DNA of 64,000 nt from NCBI GenBank assembly GCA_947367375.1, contig CANBDZ010000001.1, forward strand, positions 3,972-67,971, in the 5' to 3' direction. Made by a program: the position numbers and the translations under genes. The notes under the pieces were generated by a model. That model did no database searches and was not told where the DNA came from. It saw nothing but the letters and a program-made list of their open reading frames with translations. Shown piece by piece: positions 27,324 through 37,300 of this stretch. Source of the stretch: an uncultured Bacteroidales bacterium. GTDB lineage: Bacteria > Bacteroidota > Bacteroidia > Bacteroidales > UBA932. The number at the start of each line of letters is the position of its first letter. Within the stretch, counting starts at the first letter, position 1.

Positions 27324-28187
27324 ATGACACAAACAATCATCTGGACTATTGCAATCCTTACCATCCTCGGTGCTTTGCTTGCTGTGGTCCTCTACGTGGT
27401 GGCTGAAAAGTTCAAGGTGGAGGAAGACCCAAGAATTGACGAGGTGGAGAAGGTGTTGCCTGGTGCTAATTGCGGTGGCTGCGGACAGGCAGGCTGCCGT
27501 GCGTTTGCCCAGCATTGCGTAAAATCAGAAAGCCTTGACAGCTGCTTCTGCCCTGTCGGAGGTAACGATGTGATGCAGAAGGTTGCAGGAGTGCTCGGCG
27601 TTCAGGTTGCCGCTAAGGAGCCTATGGTCGCTGTGGTACGATGCAACGGTACTTGTGAGAACCGTCCGCGTACAAACGAGTACGGCGGTTATCAGTCTTG
27701 CCGTGTGAAGGCTGCTCTCTACAGCGGTGACACAGGATGTTCATTCGGCTGCCTCGGATGCGGCGACTGCGTTGCAGCCTGCCAGTTCGGTGCGATCGCT
27801 ATGGATCCTGAGACAGGTCTTCCAGTGGTGGACGAGGCTAAATGTACTGCCTGCGGTGCCTGTGTGAAGGCTTGTCCTAAGAATGTGATCGAGCTTCGCA
27901 ACAAGGGACGCCGCAACATGCGTGTGTATGTTTCCTGCATCAACAAGGACAAGGGTGCTGTGGCCCGCAAGGCCTGCAAGGCAGCTTGTATCGGTTGTGG
28001 AAAGTGCGCAAAGGTGTGTCCTTTCGAGGCAATCACAGTAGAGAACAACGTGGCTTACATCGACTTTACAAAGTGCAAGCTCTGTAAGAAGTGTGTGGCT
28101 GAGTGCCCTACAGCTGCTATCCATGCAGTGAACTTCCCTGTAATCAACAAACCTGCGGCTCCTGCTGCGCCTAAAACGGAGGAATAG
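27324..28187 (+). CDS. rnfB: Rnf electron transport complex subunit B
   Basis: LPGANCGGCG..GC and multiple CxxCxxCxxxCP ferredoxin motifs. Confidence 0.93.
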   Translation: MTQTIIWTIAILTILGALLAVVLYVVAEKFKVEEDPRIDEVEKVLPGANCGGCGQAGCRAFAQHCVKSESLDSCFCPVGGNDVMQKVAGVLGVQVAAKEPMVAVVRCNGTCENRPRTNEYGGYQSCRVKAALYSGDTGCSFGCLGCGDCVAACQFGAIAMDPETGLPVVDEAKCTACGACVKACPKNVIELRNKGRRNMRVYVSCINKDKGAVARKACKAACIGCGKCAKVCPFEAITVENNVAYIDFTKCKLCKKCVAECPTAAIHAVNFPVINKPAAPAAPKTEE

Positions 28188-28191
28188 TACT

Positions 28192-29547
28192 ATGATGAAG
28201 ACATTTTCAATAGGTGGTATCCACCCGAATGACAGCAAGATCTCGAAGGATTGCAAGATCGAGGTGCTTCCTGTTCCTTCAAAGGTATATATTTCCGTGG
28301 CTCAGCACCTTGGAGCTCCTGCTACTCCGATCGTGAAGGCGGGTGACCAGGTGAAGGTCGGTCAGGTGATCGCAGAGCCAGCCGGATTCATTTCTGCATA
28401 TGTTCATTCTTCGGTTTCAGGTACAGTCAAGTCTGTAGGTCCTCGCAAGGACATCGCTGGCAACAATGTTGTGCACATCGAGATCGACGTAGAGGGAGAC
28501 GAGTGGATTGAAGGCGCAGACCTTTCTGACACAATCGTGACCGAGATCCCTGAGGACGACAAGGCTACTCTTGAGAAGATCAAGATGTGTGGTGTTGTAG
28601 GACTCGGTGGTGCTACATTCCCTGCGCATGTGAAGCTTTGCCCGCCTCCGGGCAGCAAGGCAGAGTGCCTTATCCTGAACGGTGCGGAGTGTGAGCCATA
28701 TCTTACATCTGACTACCGCATTATGCTTGAGAGAAGCAAGGAGATCGTGATCGGAGCAGCCATCATGAAGAAGGTGCTCGGAGGATGTCCTGCTGTAATC
28801 GGCATCGAGGAGAACAAGCCTGAGGCTATCAAGGCTATGAGCGAGGCTGTAGCTGAGCTCCAGAAGACTGCAAAGGGCTATGACGGTATCTCTGTGATGT
28901 CTCTCAAGAAGAAGTACCCTCAAGGTGGTGAGAAGCAGCTCATCGACGCTGTGATGGGACGCCAGGTGAAGTCAGGCGGTCTTCCTATCAGCGTGGGCGC
29001 GGTAGTGCAGAATGTCGCTACATCACTCGCTGTCTATGAGGCTGTTCAGAAGAATATTCCTTTGATTACCAATGTGATGACAATCACCGGTGACTGTCTC
29101 CCTATGGAGAACCAGCATAACTATAAGTTCAGGATCGGTATGCCGCTTTCATATATCGCTGAAGTGGCAGGCGGAATTCCTGAGGAGGCGGTGAAGATCG
29201 TGAGCGGTGGTCCTATGATGGGTAAGGCGATTGCCAACCTTGATGCGACTACAGTGAAGGGATCATCGTCGTTGCTGTATCTTACTGCAGAGCAGACTGT
29301 CAGAGGTGTCGAGTCAGCCTGCATCCGTTGCGGAAAGTGTGCGGAAGCTTGTCCTATGGGACTTGAGCCGTTCCTTCTCAACAAGTATGCACGCAACAAC
29401 ATGATGGATGAACTTGAAGAGAATGCGGTACAGGATTGTATCGAGTGCGGATGCTGCCTTTACAGCTGTCCGGCAAACATTCCTCTCCTTGACATCATCC
29501 GCATCGCCAAAGGTGATGTTATCAGAATAATAAGAACCAGAAAATAA
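28192..29547 (+). CDS. rnfC: Rnf complex subunit C
   Basis: QHLGAP, GLGGATFP, NGAECEPYLTSD, YPQGGEKQL, GGPMMG, two 4Fe-4S motifs. Confidence 0.95.
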   Translation: MMKTFSIGGIHPNDSKISKDCKIEVLPVPSKVYISVAQHLGAPATPIVKAGDQVKVGQVIAEPAGFISAYVHSSVSGTVKSVGPRKDIAGNNVVHIEIDVEGDEWIEGADLSDTIVTEIPEDDKATLEKIKMCGVVGLGGATFPAHVKLCPPPGSKAECLILNGAECEPYLTSDYRIMLERSKEIVIGAAIMKKVLGGCPAVIGIEENKPEAIKAMSEAVAELQKTAKGYDGISVMSLKKKYPQGGEKQLIDAVMGRQVKSGGLPISVGAVVQNVATSLAVYEAVQKNIPLITNVMTITGDCLPMENQHNYKFRIGMPLSYIAEVAGGIPEEAVKIVSGGPMMGKAIANLDATTVKGSSSLLYLTAEQTVRGVESACIRCGKCAEACPMGLEPFLLNKYARNNMMDELEENAVQDCIECGCCLYSCPANIPLLDIIRIAKGDVIRIIRTRK

Positions 29548-29551
29548 CTCA

Positions 29552-30526
29552 TTGGAAATGAATAAACTATTAGTTTCACCTTCACCGCATCTCCACACAA
29601 GGACTTCCACCAAGTCTTTGATGCGTGATGTTGTGATCGCTATGATCCCGGCAGTGATCGTTTCTGTCCTCTTCTACGGATGGGCGGAGCTGCTTGTGCT
29701 CGGAGTAAGTGTCGCTTCGTGTGTGCTGCTGGAGTATCTGATTACAAAATATCTCTTGAACAAGCCTTGCACAGTGTGCGATATGTCAGCAGTTGTGACA
29801 GGTGTTCTTCTTGCGCTCAACCTTCCTGCAACTACTCCTTGGTGGGTGGTGTTCATCGGTGCGGTTGTAGCGATCGGTGTAGCCAAGATGACTTTCGGCG
29901 GACTTGGCCAGAACCTCTTCAACCCTGCAATCGTGGGTCGTGTGTTCCTTCTGATCTCGTTCCCGACATATATGACAAACTGGGCGAAGCCAAACGGCTT
30001 CATCAGCACTGCCGCTGTTGACGCCTTCACAGGCGCGACTCCTCTGGGAATCGCTAAGGAAGGCGGCGTAGCTGCCGTTGAGGGCCTTGACTATATGGAT
30101 ATGCTCTTCTGCAACATCGGTGGATCAGCCGGTGAGCTTTCGGCTCTTGCCATCCTCGCCGGTTTCGTATATCTCCTTGCACGCAGAGTCATCAAGCCTT
30201 ACATCACACTTTCGATCCTTGCGACTGTGGCTGTGTTCTCAGGCATCTTCTGGGCAGTCAACCCTGCTGAGTTCACAGGTCCGGTGTTCAACCTCCTTAC
30301 CGGTGGTGTGCTCCTCGGTGCTGTGTTTATGGCTACTGACTATGTGACTTCTCCTATGAGCAACGTCGGAGGTATCATCTTCGGTGTCGGCATCGGTCTC
30401 ATCACTATGCTTGTGCGTTACTTCGGCGCTTATCCGGAGGGAATGTCATTTGCTATCCTCATTATGAACGCTGTGGTTCCTCTCATCAACAAGTGGTGCC
30501 ACTCTAAAAAATTCGGGAGGGCTTAG
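29552..30526 (+). CDS. rnfD: Rnf complex subunit D
   Basis: SPSPH, FGGLGQNLFNPA, TGATPL (FMN site), FMATDYVTSP. Confidence 0.95.
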   Translation: MEMNKLLVSPSPHLHTRTSTKSLMRDVVIAMIPAVIVSVLFYGWAELLVLGVSVASCVLLEYLITKYLLNKPCTVCDMSAVVTGVLLALNLPATTPWWVVFIGAVVAIGVAKMTFGGLGQNLFNPAIVGRVFLLISFPTYMTNWAKPNGFISTAAVDAFTGATPLGIAKEGGVAAVEGLDYMDMLFCNIGGSAGELSALAILAGFVYLLARRVIKPYITLSILATVAVFSGIFWAVNPAEFTGPVFNLLTGGVLLGAVFMATDYVTSPMSNVGGIIFGVGIGLITMLVRYFGAYPEGMSFAILIMNAVVPLINKWCHSKKFGRA

Positions 30527-30528
30527 TT

Positions 30529-31116
30529 ATGGCAGTTAAATCATCATTCGTGAATATGACAGTGTGCCTTCTTGCCATCTGTCTTGTGTGCTCAGGTCTT
30601 CTTGCTGCTGTGTATGCTCTTACAGCTGAGCCTATTGCAGCTGCTGCCGCAGCGAAGAACGAGGCTGCGATCAAGGAAGTGCTTCCTGAGACTGCAGTGA
30701 AGATCGAGGAAGAGAGAACTGTTGAGTTCGAGGGCGCTTCTTATGCATATAACCTCGCTTATGACGAGCTCGGTAATGTTGTCGGCTGCGCCATCAATGT
30801 GGCTCCTGTCGGCTTCGGCGGCCCTATCGCAATCAAGGTGGGCTTCGACATCAACGGTGTCATCTGGAACACAAAGGTACTTTCACAGGCCGAGACTCCA
30901 GGTCTCGGAGCAAAGTGTGTAGAGTCTTCGTTCGCTGACCAGTTCAGACAGTTCAATCCTTCTCAGAAGAAGCTTGCCGTAAAGAAGGACGGTGGAGATG
31001 TGGATGCAATCACAGCATCGACCATCACTTCACGTGCCTACGCTGACGGTCTTGCCCTTGCAGTGAAAGTCTTTGACGCAATCGGAAAAACTCCGATGCT
31101 TTTAATGGAGGAATAG
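30529..31116 (+). CDS. rnfG: Rnf complex subunit G
   Basis: GFGGPI, ETPGLG, DAITASTITSRA (FMN-binding Thr motif). Confidence 0.93.
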   Translation: MAVKSSFVNMTVCLLAICLVCSGLLAAVYALTAEPIAAAAAAKNEAAIKEVLPETAVKIEEERTVEFEGASYAYNLAYDELGNVVGCAINVAPVGFGGPIAIKVGFDINGVIWNTKVLSQAETPGLGAKCVESSFADQFRQFNPSQKKLAVKKDGGDVDAITASTITSRAYADGLALAVKVFDAIGKTPMLLMEE

Positions 31117-31119
31117 AAT

Positions 31120-31710
31120 ATGGGAAAATTTCAACTTATAACTAAAGGCCTGATCAAGGAGAATCCTACATTCGTTCTCCTTCTCGGTATGTGTCCTACA
31201 TTGGCCACAACCACTTCTGCCATCAACGGAATGAGTATGGGACTTGCCACTATGTTCGTCCTCATCCTGTCCAATATGGTGATCTCGGCGATCGCATCTT
31301 TCATCCCTGACAAGGTGCGTATCCCTTCATATATCGTTGTGATCGCGACTTTCGTGACCTTGCTTCAGTTCATCATGCAGGCATATGTTCCTGATGTGTA
31401 TGAGACTCTCGGACTCTTCATTCCGCTCATCGTTGTGAACTGTATCGTGCTTGGCCGTGCTGAGGCGTTTGCCAACAAGAACTCTGTTGTAGATTCAGCT
31501 CTTGACGGCATCGGTATCGGACTCGGCTTCACCCTCTCTCTTACAGTTCTCGGACTCGTGCGTGAGATCCTCGGAAGCGGCTCGGCATTCGGCTGGAAGT
31601 TCATCGAGGGTGACGGTATCCTCGCATTCGTGCTTGCACCGGGAGCCTTCCTTGCACTTGGCTACCTCATCGTGATCTTCAGGAAATTAACAACTAAAAA
31701 GGCAGAGTAA
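31120..31710 (+). CDS. rnfE: Rnf complex subunit E
   Basis: [33 protein letters not shown]. Confidence 0.95.
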   Translation: MGKFQLITKGLIKENPTFVLLLGMCPTLATTTSAINGMSMGLATMFVLILSNMVISAIASFIPDKVRIPSYIVVIATFVTLLQFIMQAYVPDVYETLGLFIPLIVVNCIVLGRAEAFANKNSVVDSALDGIGIGLGFTLSLTVLGLVREILGSGSAFGWKFIEGDGILAFVLAPGAFLALGYLIVIFRKLTTKKAE

Positions 31711-31712
31711 TT

Positions 31713-32312
31713 ATGGAATATATACTTATCATCATTTCAGCGATATTCGTAAATAATATCCTGCTTTCACAGTTCCTCGGAATCTGTCCTTTCCTGGGTG
31801 TGTCGAACAAGCTCAGCACTGCGACAGGTATGTCGATGGCTGTATGCTTCGTGATTACTCTCGCGACTGTGGTGACTTATCTGTTGAACTCAGTTCTTGC
31901 TGCGTTCGGTCTTGAGTTCCTTCAGACCATCTCCTTCATCCTTGTGATCGCTGCACTCGTGCAGATGGTGGAGATCGTCCTCAAGAAGATCAGCCCGTCA
32001 CTCTACTCGGCGCTCGGTATCTTCCTCCCTCTGATCACTACAAACTGCGCCGTTCTCGGTGTCGCTTTGACAGTAGTTCAGAAGTCATCTCCATTTGCAG
32101 CTGCTGCAGACGGTATGATGAACCTCGGTGAGGCCACCGTGTACGCTTTCGCAACATCGCTCGGCTTCGGCCTCGCAATGGTGCTCTTCGCCGGCCTCCG
32201 CGAGCAGCTTGCCCTCAATGATGTCCCTAAGGCATTCAAGGGCATTCCTATCGCTCTCATCACAGCCGGTATCCTTGCAATGGCCTTCATGGGCTTCTCA
32301 GGACTCGTATAA
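31713..32312 (+). CDS. rnfA: Rnf complex subunit A
   Basis: [31 protein letters not shown]. Confidence 0.95.
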   Translation: MEYILIIISAIFVNNILLSQFLGICPFLGVSNKLSTATGMSMAVCFVITLATVVTYLLNSVLAAFGLEFLQTISFILVIAALVQMVEIVLKKISPSLYSALGIFLPLITTNCAVLGVALTVVQKSSPFAAAADGMMNLGEATVYAFATSLGFGLAMVLFAGLREQLALNDVPKAFKGIPIALITAGILAMAFMGFSGLV

Positions 32313-32506
32313 TGAAAGCTATCGAAATAATCCAGACGGCAGACTCTCTCAGGAGGGCCTGCCGTTTTGGTGATGCCATAAACGCCTATCGCCAGGCAGC
32401 TGCGGCACCGGACGCCACAGACGAAATCCGTCGCCGTGCCCTCGCCTCGGTTGAGCTCATACAGGAAATCAATGGCTTCGTAAACGTGGACCTTTTGAAT
32501 CCGTAA
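32312..32506 (+). CDS. Small TPR-like hypothetical protein
   Basis: TAATG coupling to rnfA; ADSLRR..RFGDAINAYRQA helix pattern; ends F.N.DLLNP. Confidence 0.55.
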   Translation: MKAIEIIQTADSLRRACRFGDAINAYRQAAAAPDATDEIRRRALASVELIQEINGFVNVDLLNP

Positions 32507-32551
32507 AGTGGTTTTAGTCAAGATATTCGTTGGTTTTGGCGAAAAATAGTA

Positions 32552-32559
32552 TAACTTTG
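32552..32559 (+). promoter_or_regulatory. Bacteroidetes -7 promoter element for the 32.6-36.2 kb block
   Basis: TAACTTTG about 40 nt upstream of ATG 32602. Confidence 0.55.
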
Positions 32560-32601
32560 TTGATTAGATCACAAGAAATAACCTATTAAACAATAATCAT
32601 T

Positions 32602-33183
32602 ATGAAAAAGTTTTTTTCTTTTTTAGTGCTTATCTGCGCTGCTGTTATGATTCTTCCTTGCGATGCATATGCTGGCCCTAATGGACAGAAGGTTAAGCAG
32701 GATAAGGTGGTGAAGTATGCTTTGAAGCAGCCGATAAGAAGAGCATCAGGTTCAGGTGAACACTTTAACGAGTCATCTGCTACCAGCATTGCAGAGATGA
32801 ATGCACGTGCTGAATTTGCAAGAAAAATAGAGAATGCTGTAATGGCATCAAGTGAATACCTCAGTACTTTCAAGAGCCAGACAGTATCCAATAATAATTC
32901 ATCAGCATCACTTATCGAGGGTGAGAGCCAGTCAAAGGACATGGTGTCTTCAATTTCATCACAGATCCTCCGCAACGTCCATGTTGTAAAGAAATCTGCA
33001 TACTACCAGGATAACAAGACCTACAAGGTGTATGTGTGCGTTGAATTCATGGGAACTCCTGAGCAGATGTTCACAGGTTTTGCTGAGGTTCTCGAGCGTA
33101 ATCTCTCAGAAGAAGATAAGGTAACACTTGAAGTGCATCAGGAAGAAATGCGTAAAGTGTTCACTGCTACAATGAAGCAGTAA
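32602..33183 (+). CDS. Secreted hypothetical protein, LPP20-like
   Basis: Signal peptide; RASGSGE..ESSATSIAEMNARAEFARKI and YKVYVCVE pattern reminiscent of LPP20 domains. Confidence 0.5.
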   Translation: MKKFFSFLVLICAAVMILPCDAYAGPNGQKVKQDKVVKYALKQPIRRASGSGEHFNESSATSIAEMNARAEFARKIENAVMASSEYLSTFKSQTVSNNNSSASLIEGESQSKDMVSSISSQILRNVHVVKKSAYYQDNKTYKVYVCVEFMGTPEQMFTGFAEVLERNLSEEDKVTLEVHQEEMRKVFTATMKQ

Positions 33184-34694
33184 TGTCTGGCCGTCGTCTG
33201 CCATTTTTTGCCCTTGTGGCATGTCTGATATATCCCGCATCTGTTTCCGCTCAGTCATTTGACGAATTGCGAAGACAGATGCGTGAGGGTTTTGCCGGCC
33301 AGGTTTCACAGCTCAGCCGTGAATATCGCGAGTACCGCGATAAGGTAAATGCGGAGTTTGCGAGATGCCTGGGCAGACCGTGGGAGTCGGTTGACCGTAC
33401 AGATCCCGAGACTGTGGCACCGCAGATGATAGTCCCTGATGAACCGCAGCCTGTATGCATCGATAAGGAATCTGCTCAAGAGTGGGAAGAGACTGTTGTC
33501 TCTGATTCTCTTGTCTTTGACATGGAAGATGCTGTCCTTCCGCAACCTCAGCCCGTGGTACCGATGATGTACGAAGAACGTACGGATCAGGTCGCTCTGT
33601 TTGTGGATTTTTTCAACTCTTCGTGTTCTGTCCGTTTCGATCCTTCAAAGAAAACAGGTCTTGCAGACACTTCAGAGCCATCTGTAATGGCAATGTGGCA
33701 GAATCTTTCGCATCAGGATTACGACAATGTGGTTTCTGATTGCTTGGCCATAAGGGACAGACTGTCTCTTTGCGACTGGGGATACCTGAAGCTGACGGAA
33801 GCTGTTGCAAAGGTGATATATGACAGCCCTTCAGAGACGGATTGCGCAGTTGTGCTGCAGGCCTTCCTGATGAATCAGTCAGGCTATATGATCAGACTTG
33901 GAAGAGATGATGATCGTGAGCTTCATCTTCTGTTCGCAACCGCAGACGATATGATGGGAAGGGCATATTGGAATTATGGCGGTGTCCATTACTATCTGGC
34001 CGATGACAGTGGAGCCACTGCATTGGTTATGGTCAAGGCTTCATTCCCCGGTGAAAAGTCAGTCAGACTCTTGATGGATAAACCGCAGAATCTGGATCTT
34101 GTCTCCTCCCCAGAGAGAATACTTCAGGCTGAAAGATATGAAAAGGCGAGAACCTTATCATCTGTGAATGAGAATCAGATGGCGTTCTGGTCAGAGTATC
34201 CTACTCCATACAGGAATTTATCGACAAAGATGACGTGGTATTATTATGCCAACACTCCGATCAGCGAGCCTGTCAAGAAACTGTTCTATCCGGGCCTTCA
34301 GGCAAGCATAGAGGGAAAGACCCAGCTTGAGGCCGTGAACATCCTTCTTAATTTTGTCCAGACAGCCTTTGAGTACCGTGCCGATTCTAAAGTCTGGGGT
34401 GATGAGAGGTCTTTCTACCCTGAAGAGACATTATTTTACCAGTATTCGGATTGCGAAGACAGGGCAATTCTGTTTTCCCGCATAATCAGAGACCTTCTTG
34501 GTCTTGACGTGCTTCTTGTATATTATCCAAATCATCTTGCAACCGCAGTGTGTATGAATGATGATTGTCAAGGAGACAAACTTATCTACAAGGACAGGAA
34601 ATATACTATATGTGACCCAACTTACATGAATGCGTCAGCAGGCATGACAATGCAAGATTGTGACAATGCGACAGCTGACATCATTGTGCTGTAA
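33183..34694 (+). CDS. Secreted protein with C-terminal transglutaminase-like/cysteine-protease domain, paralogue 1
   Basis: Signal peptide; LLNFVQTAFEY, SDCEDRAILF, YPNHLATAV, ICDPTY (Cys-His-Asp). Confidence 0.7.
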   Translation: MSGRRLPFFALVACLIYPASVSAQSFDELRRQMREGFAGQVSQLSREYREYRDKVNAEFARCLGRPWESVDRTDPETVAPQMIVPDEPQPVCIDKESAQEWEETVVSDSLVFDMEDAVLPQPQPVVPMMYEERTDQVALFVDFFNSSCSVRFDPSKKTGLADTSEPSVMAMWQNLSHQDYDNVVSDCLAIRDRLSLCDWGYLKLTEAVAKVIYDSPSETDCAVVLQAFLMNQSGYMIRLGRDDDRELHLLFATADDMMGRAYWNYGGVHYYLADDSGATALVMVKASFPGEKSVRLLMDKPQNLDLVSSPERILQAERYEKARTLSSVNENQMAFWSEYPTPYRNLSTKMTWYYYANTPISEPVKKLFYPGLQASIEGKTQLEAVNILLNFVQTAFEYRADSKVWGDERSFYPEETLFYQYSDCEDRAILFSRIIRDLLGLDVLLVYYPNHLATAVCMNDDCQGDKLIYKDRKYTICDPTYMNASAGMTMQDCDNATADIIVL

Positions 34695-34717
34695 TCTAAA
34701 TGTTAAATAGTAATAAT

Positions 34718-36247
34718 ATGAAAAATAGATTTATCTTGATGGCTCTTGCCATTATGGTTTCTTCTTCTGCAGTTGTCTCAGCTCAGACTCCGTTTGAGGC
34801 TTACAGACAGAAGGCACAGTCTCAGTTCAATGCTTACCGCGATCAGAAGAGACAGGAATTTGAAGAGTACAGACGTAAAGTGAATGAAGAATTCGCCTCC
34901 TATATGAGCAAGGAATGGGTGTGGAATGAGACCTGTGAGGCGGTTGAGGATCCTAAGCAGTCAGTACCTCAGGTTGAGCCTGTGGTCCTTCCTGAAACAG
35001 AACCGGTAGATCTTCCTGATCTCAGTGAAATAGATGAGACAGAAGTAGTCTCTATTGAGGTTGATGACATATTCCTGCCGCTTCCTGTTGATCCTGCTCC
35101 AGAGCCGGTCATTCCGATGGTCTATGAAGAGCAGACAGATGAGATGGCTATAGCCTTTGACTTCTATGGTGCAGAATGTGCTGTTCATTTCAATCCGTCA
35201 AGAAAGGCAGTATTGAAGAACACCTGGTCAGCTGCTGTGGCTAATATGTGGAGAGCTCTTTCCCGTAAGGCTTATGACAACATCCTGACTGACTGTCTTG
35301 CAATCCGTGACAACCTTAATCTCTGTGACTGGGGCTACCTTAAGCTTACCGGCGCCGTTGCGGAAGCAATCTATGATTCAAGCAAAGAAAGGAATGAGGC
35401 AGTTGTACTGCAGTCTTTCCTCCTTAATCAGTCCGGCTACAAAATCCGTATGGGACGTTCGAGAGACGGAAGACTCCACACACTGATTTCGACAGCCGAT
35501 GATATGTACGGAAGAATGTATCTGAACCTTGACGGTACTCACTACTATCTTGCAAAGGACGAAAAGGCACCGGGACTCTATCTGTTCAACACCAAGTTCC
35601 CAGGTGAGAAATCACTTCGTCTTGGCATCTATAATGAGCAGAATCTCGAACAGCAGATGTCTGAGCAGAGAGTTCTCCGTTCGACAAGATACTCTGATCT
35701 TGAAGTGTCTTCAGAGGTCAATCTGAATCTCGTGGCATTCCTCAATGACTATCCTTCTACATACAGACGTGATATGCCTTACACCCAGTGGTATTACTAT
35801 GCTACAGCTCCTGTAAGCCAGAAGGTAAGAGATGAGGTTTATCCAAGACTTTCAGAAAGCATCAAGGACAAGAACACTTGGGAGGCAGTCAACATCCTTC
35901 TGAACTTTGTGCAGACTGCATTTGAATATAAGACTGATGATGAAGTGTGGGGATGTGAGCGTTCTTTCTTCCCGGAAGAGACTCTTTATTATCCATACTG
36001 TGACTGCGAGGACCGTTCAATCTTCTTCTCACGTATCGTAAGAGACCTCTTGGGACTTGACGTTGTGCTGGTTCACTATCCAGGTCATCTTGCTACAGCA
36101 GTACATTTCCCTACAACTTCACCTGGAGACAAGATCTCTGTAAATGGAGCACAGTTCACTATATGTGACCCTACGTTTAAGAATGCGTCAGCTGGAAGGA
36201 CAATGCCGGGAATGGACAACTCTACAGCAAAGATCGTAATTCTCTAA
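34718..36247 (+). CDS. Secreted protein with C-terminal transglutaminase-like domain, paralogue 2
   Basis: Start MKNRFIL; CDCEDRSIFF, YPGHLATAV, ICDPTF; colinear with paralogue 1. Confidence 0.7.
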   Translation: MKNRFILMALAIMVSSSAVVSAQTPFEAYRQKAQSQFNAYRDQKRQEFEEYRRKVNEEFASYMSKEWVWNETCEAVEDPKQSVPQVEPVVLPETEPVDLPDLSEIDETEVVSIEVDDIFLPLPVDPAPEPVIPMVYEEQTDEMAIAFDFYGAECAVHFNPSRKAVLKNTWSAAVANMWRALSRKAYDNILTDCLAIRDNLNLCDWGYLKLTGAVAEAIYDSSKERNEAVVLQSFLLNQSGYKIRMGRSRDGRLHTLISTADDMYGRMYLNLDGTHYYLAKDEKAPGLYLFNTKFPGEKSLRLGIYNEQNLEQQMSEQRVLRSTRYSDLEVSSEVNLNLVAFLNDYPSTYRRDMPYTQWYYYATAPVSQKVRDEVYPRLSESIKDKNTWEAVNILLNFVQTAFEYKTDDEVWGCERSFFPEETLYYPYCDCEDRSIFFSRIVRDLLGLDVVLVHYPGHLATAVHFPTTSPGDKISVNGAQFTICDPTFKNASAGRTMPGMDNSTAKIVIL

Positions 36248-36705
36248 AATCTGTATCTCGCTGACAGGGATGGAGTGAAACCTAAGCGTCCTCTCTTGTA
36301 GAATTCTCCTCCAAGTACCCCGTAACTTGGACGCAGATCCACTGAGAGCTGAAGAGGGAACCAGAAGGTGTACTCTATTCCTGCCTGAGCTGAGAAGGCG
36401 ATCAGGAACTTGTTGTCAAGACTTCCGACTGATATGCCAGGTCCTGTGTAGATGCCCCAATAACCTCTGTTTGTCCAGGCCGGACGAGCGAATATGAAGT
36501 TGTATGTTCCAGTGGCCTTCAAACCTTCAACACTTCCGAATTCGGATCCCAGTTCTGCTTCGATAAAGCTCCTTTTCTGGATGTTGTGTTGGTAGGATAT
36601 TTCGGCGCCTTCAGCTCCGATTCTCATACCGAGAGCTCTTGGCTGGGCATTAGCTGCCAGGTTCAGGCTTAGAACGGCAAGCAGGCATAATATAATTCTT
36701 CTCAT
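36244..36705 (-). CDS. Small outer-membrane beta-barrel protein
   Basis: Start MRRIILC; signal peptide, QPRALG.RIG, alternating beta strands, terminal ARYRF. Confidence 0.7.
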   Translation of the reverse strand: MRRIILCLLAVLSLNLAANAQPRALGMRIGAEGAEISYQHNIQKRSFIEAELGSEFGSVEGLKATGTYNFIFARPAWTNRGYWGIYTGPGISVGSLDNKFLIAFSAQAGIEYTFWFPLQLSVDLRPSYGVLGGEFYKRGRLGFTPSLSARYRF

Positions 36706-36756
36706 GTTTGAATGTTCTTTTTGAATGTGTGCGTTCTTATATCGTGCCAAAGGTAC

Positions 36757-36796
36757 ATAAAAATGACGACCGCTGTTGAGCGGCCGTCATTTTTAT
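36757..36796. terminator. Intrinsic terminator after the second beta-barrel gene
   Basis: ATAAAAATGACGACCGCT-GTTG-AGCGGCCGTCATTTTTAT. Confidence 0.75.
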
Positions 36797-36808
36797 ATCA
36801 AGCAGATA

Positions 36809-37252
36809 TTAGAATCTGTAACGTACGCCAAGACCAACGCTTGATGGACACCAGAAGCCATTGCCGATTCCGATGTGCTGTCTGAAATCAAGAGAAAGCT
36901 GGAGTGGGAAATCGAAGTTGTACTCGATACCTACCATACCTGCAACTGCAAGGTTCAGGTAGTTAGCTTCGCCTACTCCAAGACCAATGCTTGCACCAGG
37001 ACCTGCATAGAAACCGAATCCGTCTCCGAACTCAGAGATCATGAAGTTGTAGACACCTGTCGCTCCGATGCTCATAGTGTTGTCTCCAAAAATGCCAAGT
37101 CCTCCGTCAATCTGAAGGAAGTTAGCATCCATGCTGTGCTGGTAGCTGATTTCGGCTCCGTTTCCAATACGTGCACCGAGAGCTCTTGGCTGAGCTGTTG
37201 CAGCAACTGCAAATCCTAATACCATTGCTGCGATGAGAATAATCTTCTTCAT
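36809..37252 (-). CDS. Small outer-membrane beta-barrel protein, paralogue
   Basis: Signal peptide, QPRALGARIG, GIEYNFDFPLQLSLDFR, terminal VRYRF. Confidence 0.72.
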   Translation of the reverse strand: MKKIILIAAMVLGFAVAATAQPRALGARIGNGAEISYQHSMDANFLQIDGGLGIFGDNTMSIGATGVYNFMISEFGDGFGFYAGPGASIGLGVGEANYLNLAVAGMVGIEYNFDFPLQLSLDFRQHIGIGNGFWCPSSVGLGVRYRF

Positions 37253-37300
37253 AATTTATTTGGTTAAATGTTGTTTCTTTTACAATATAATAATTTTGGA

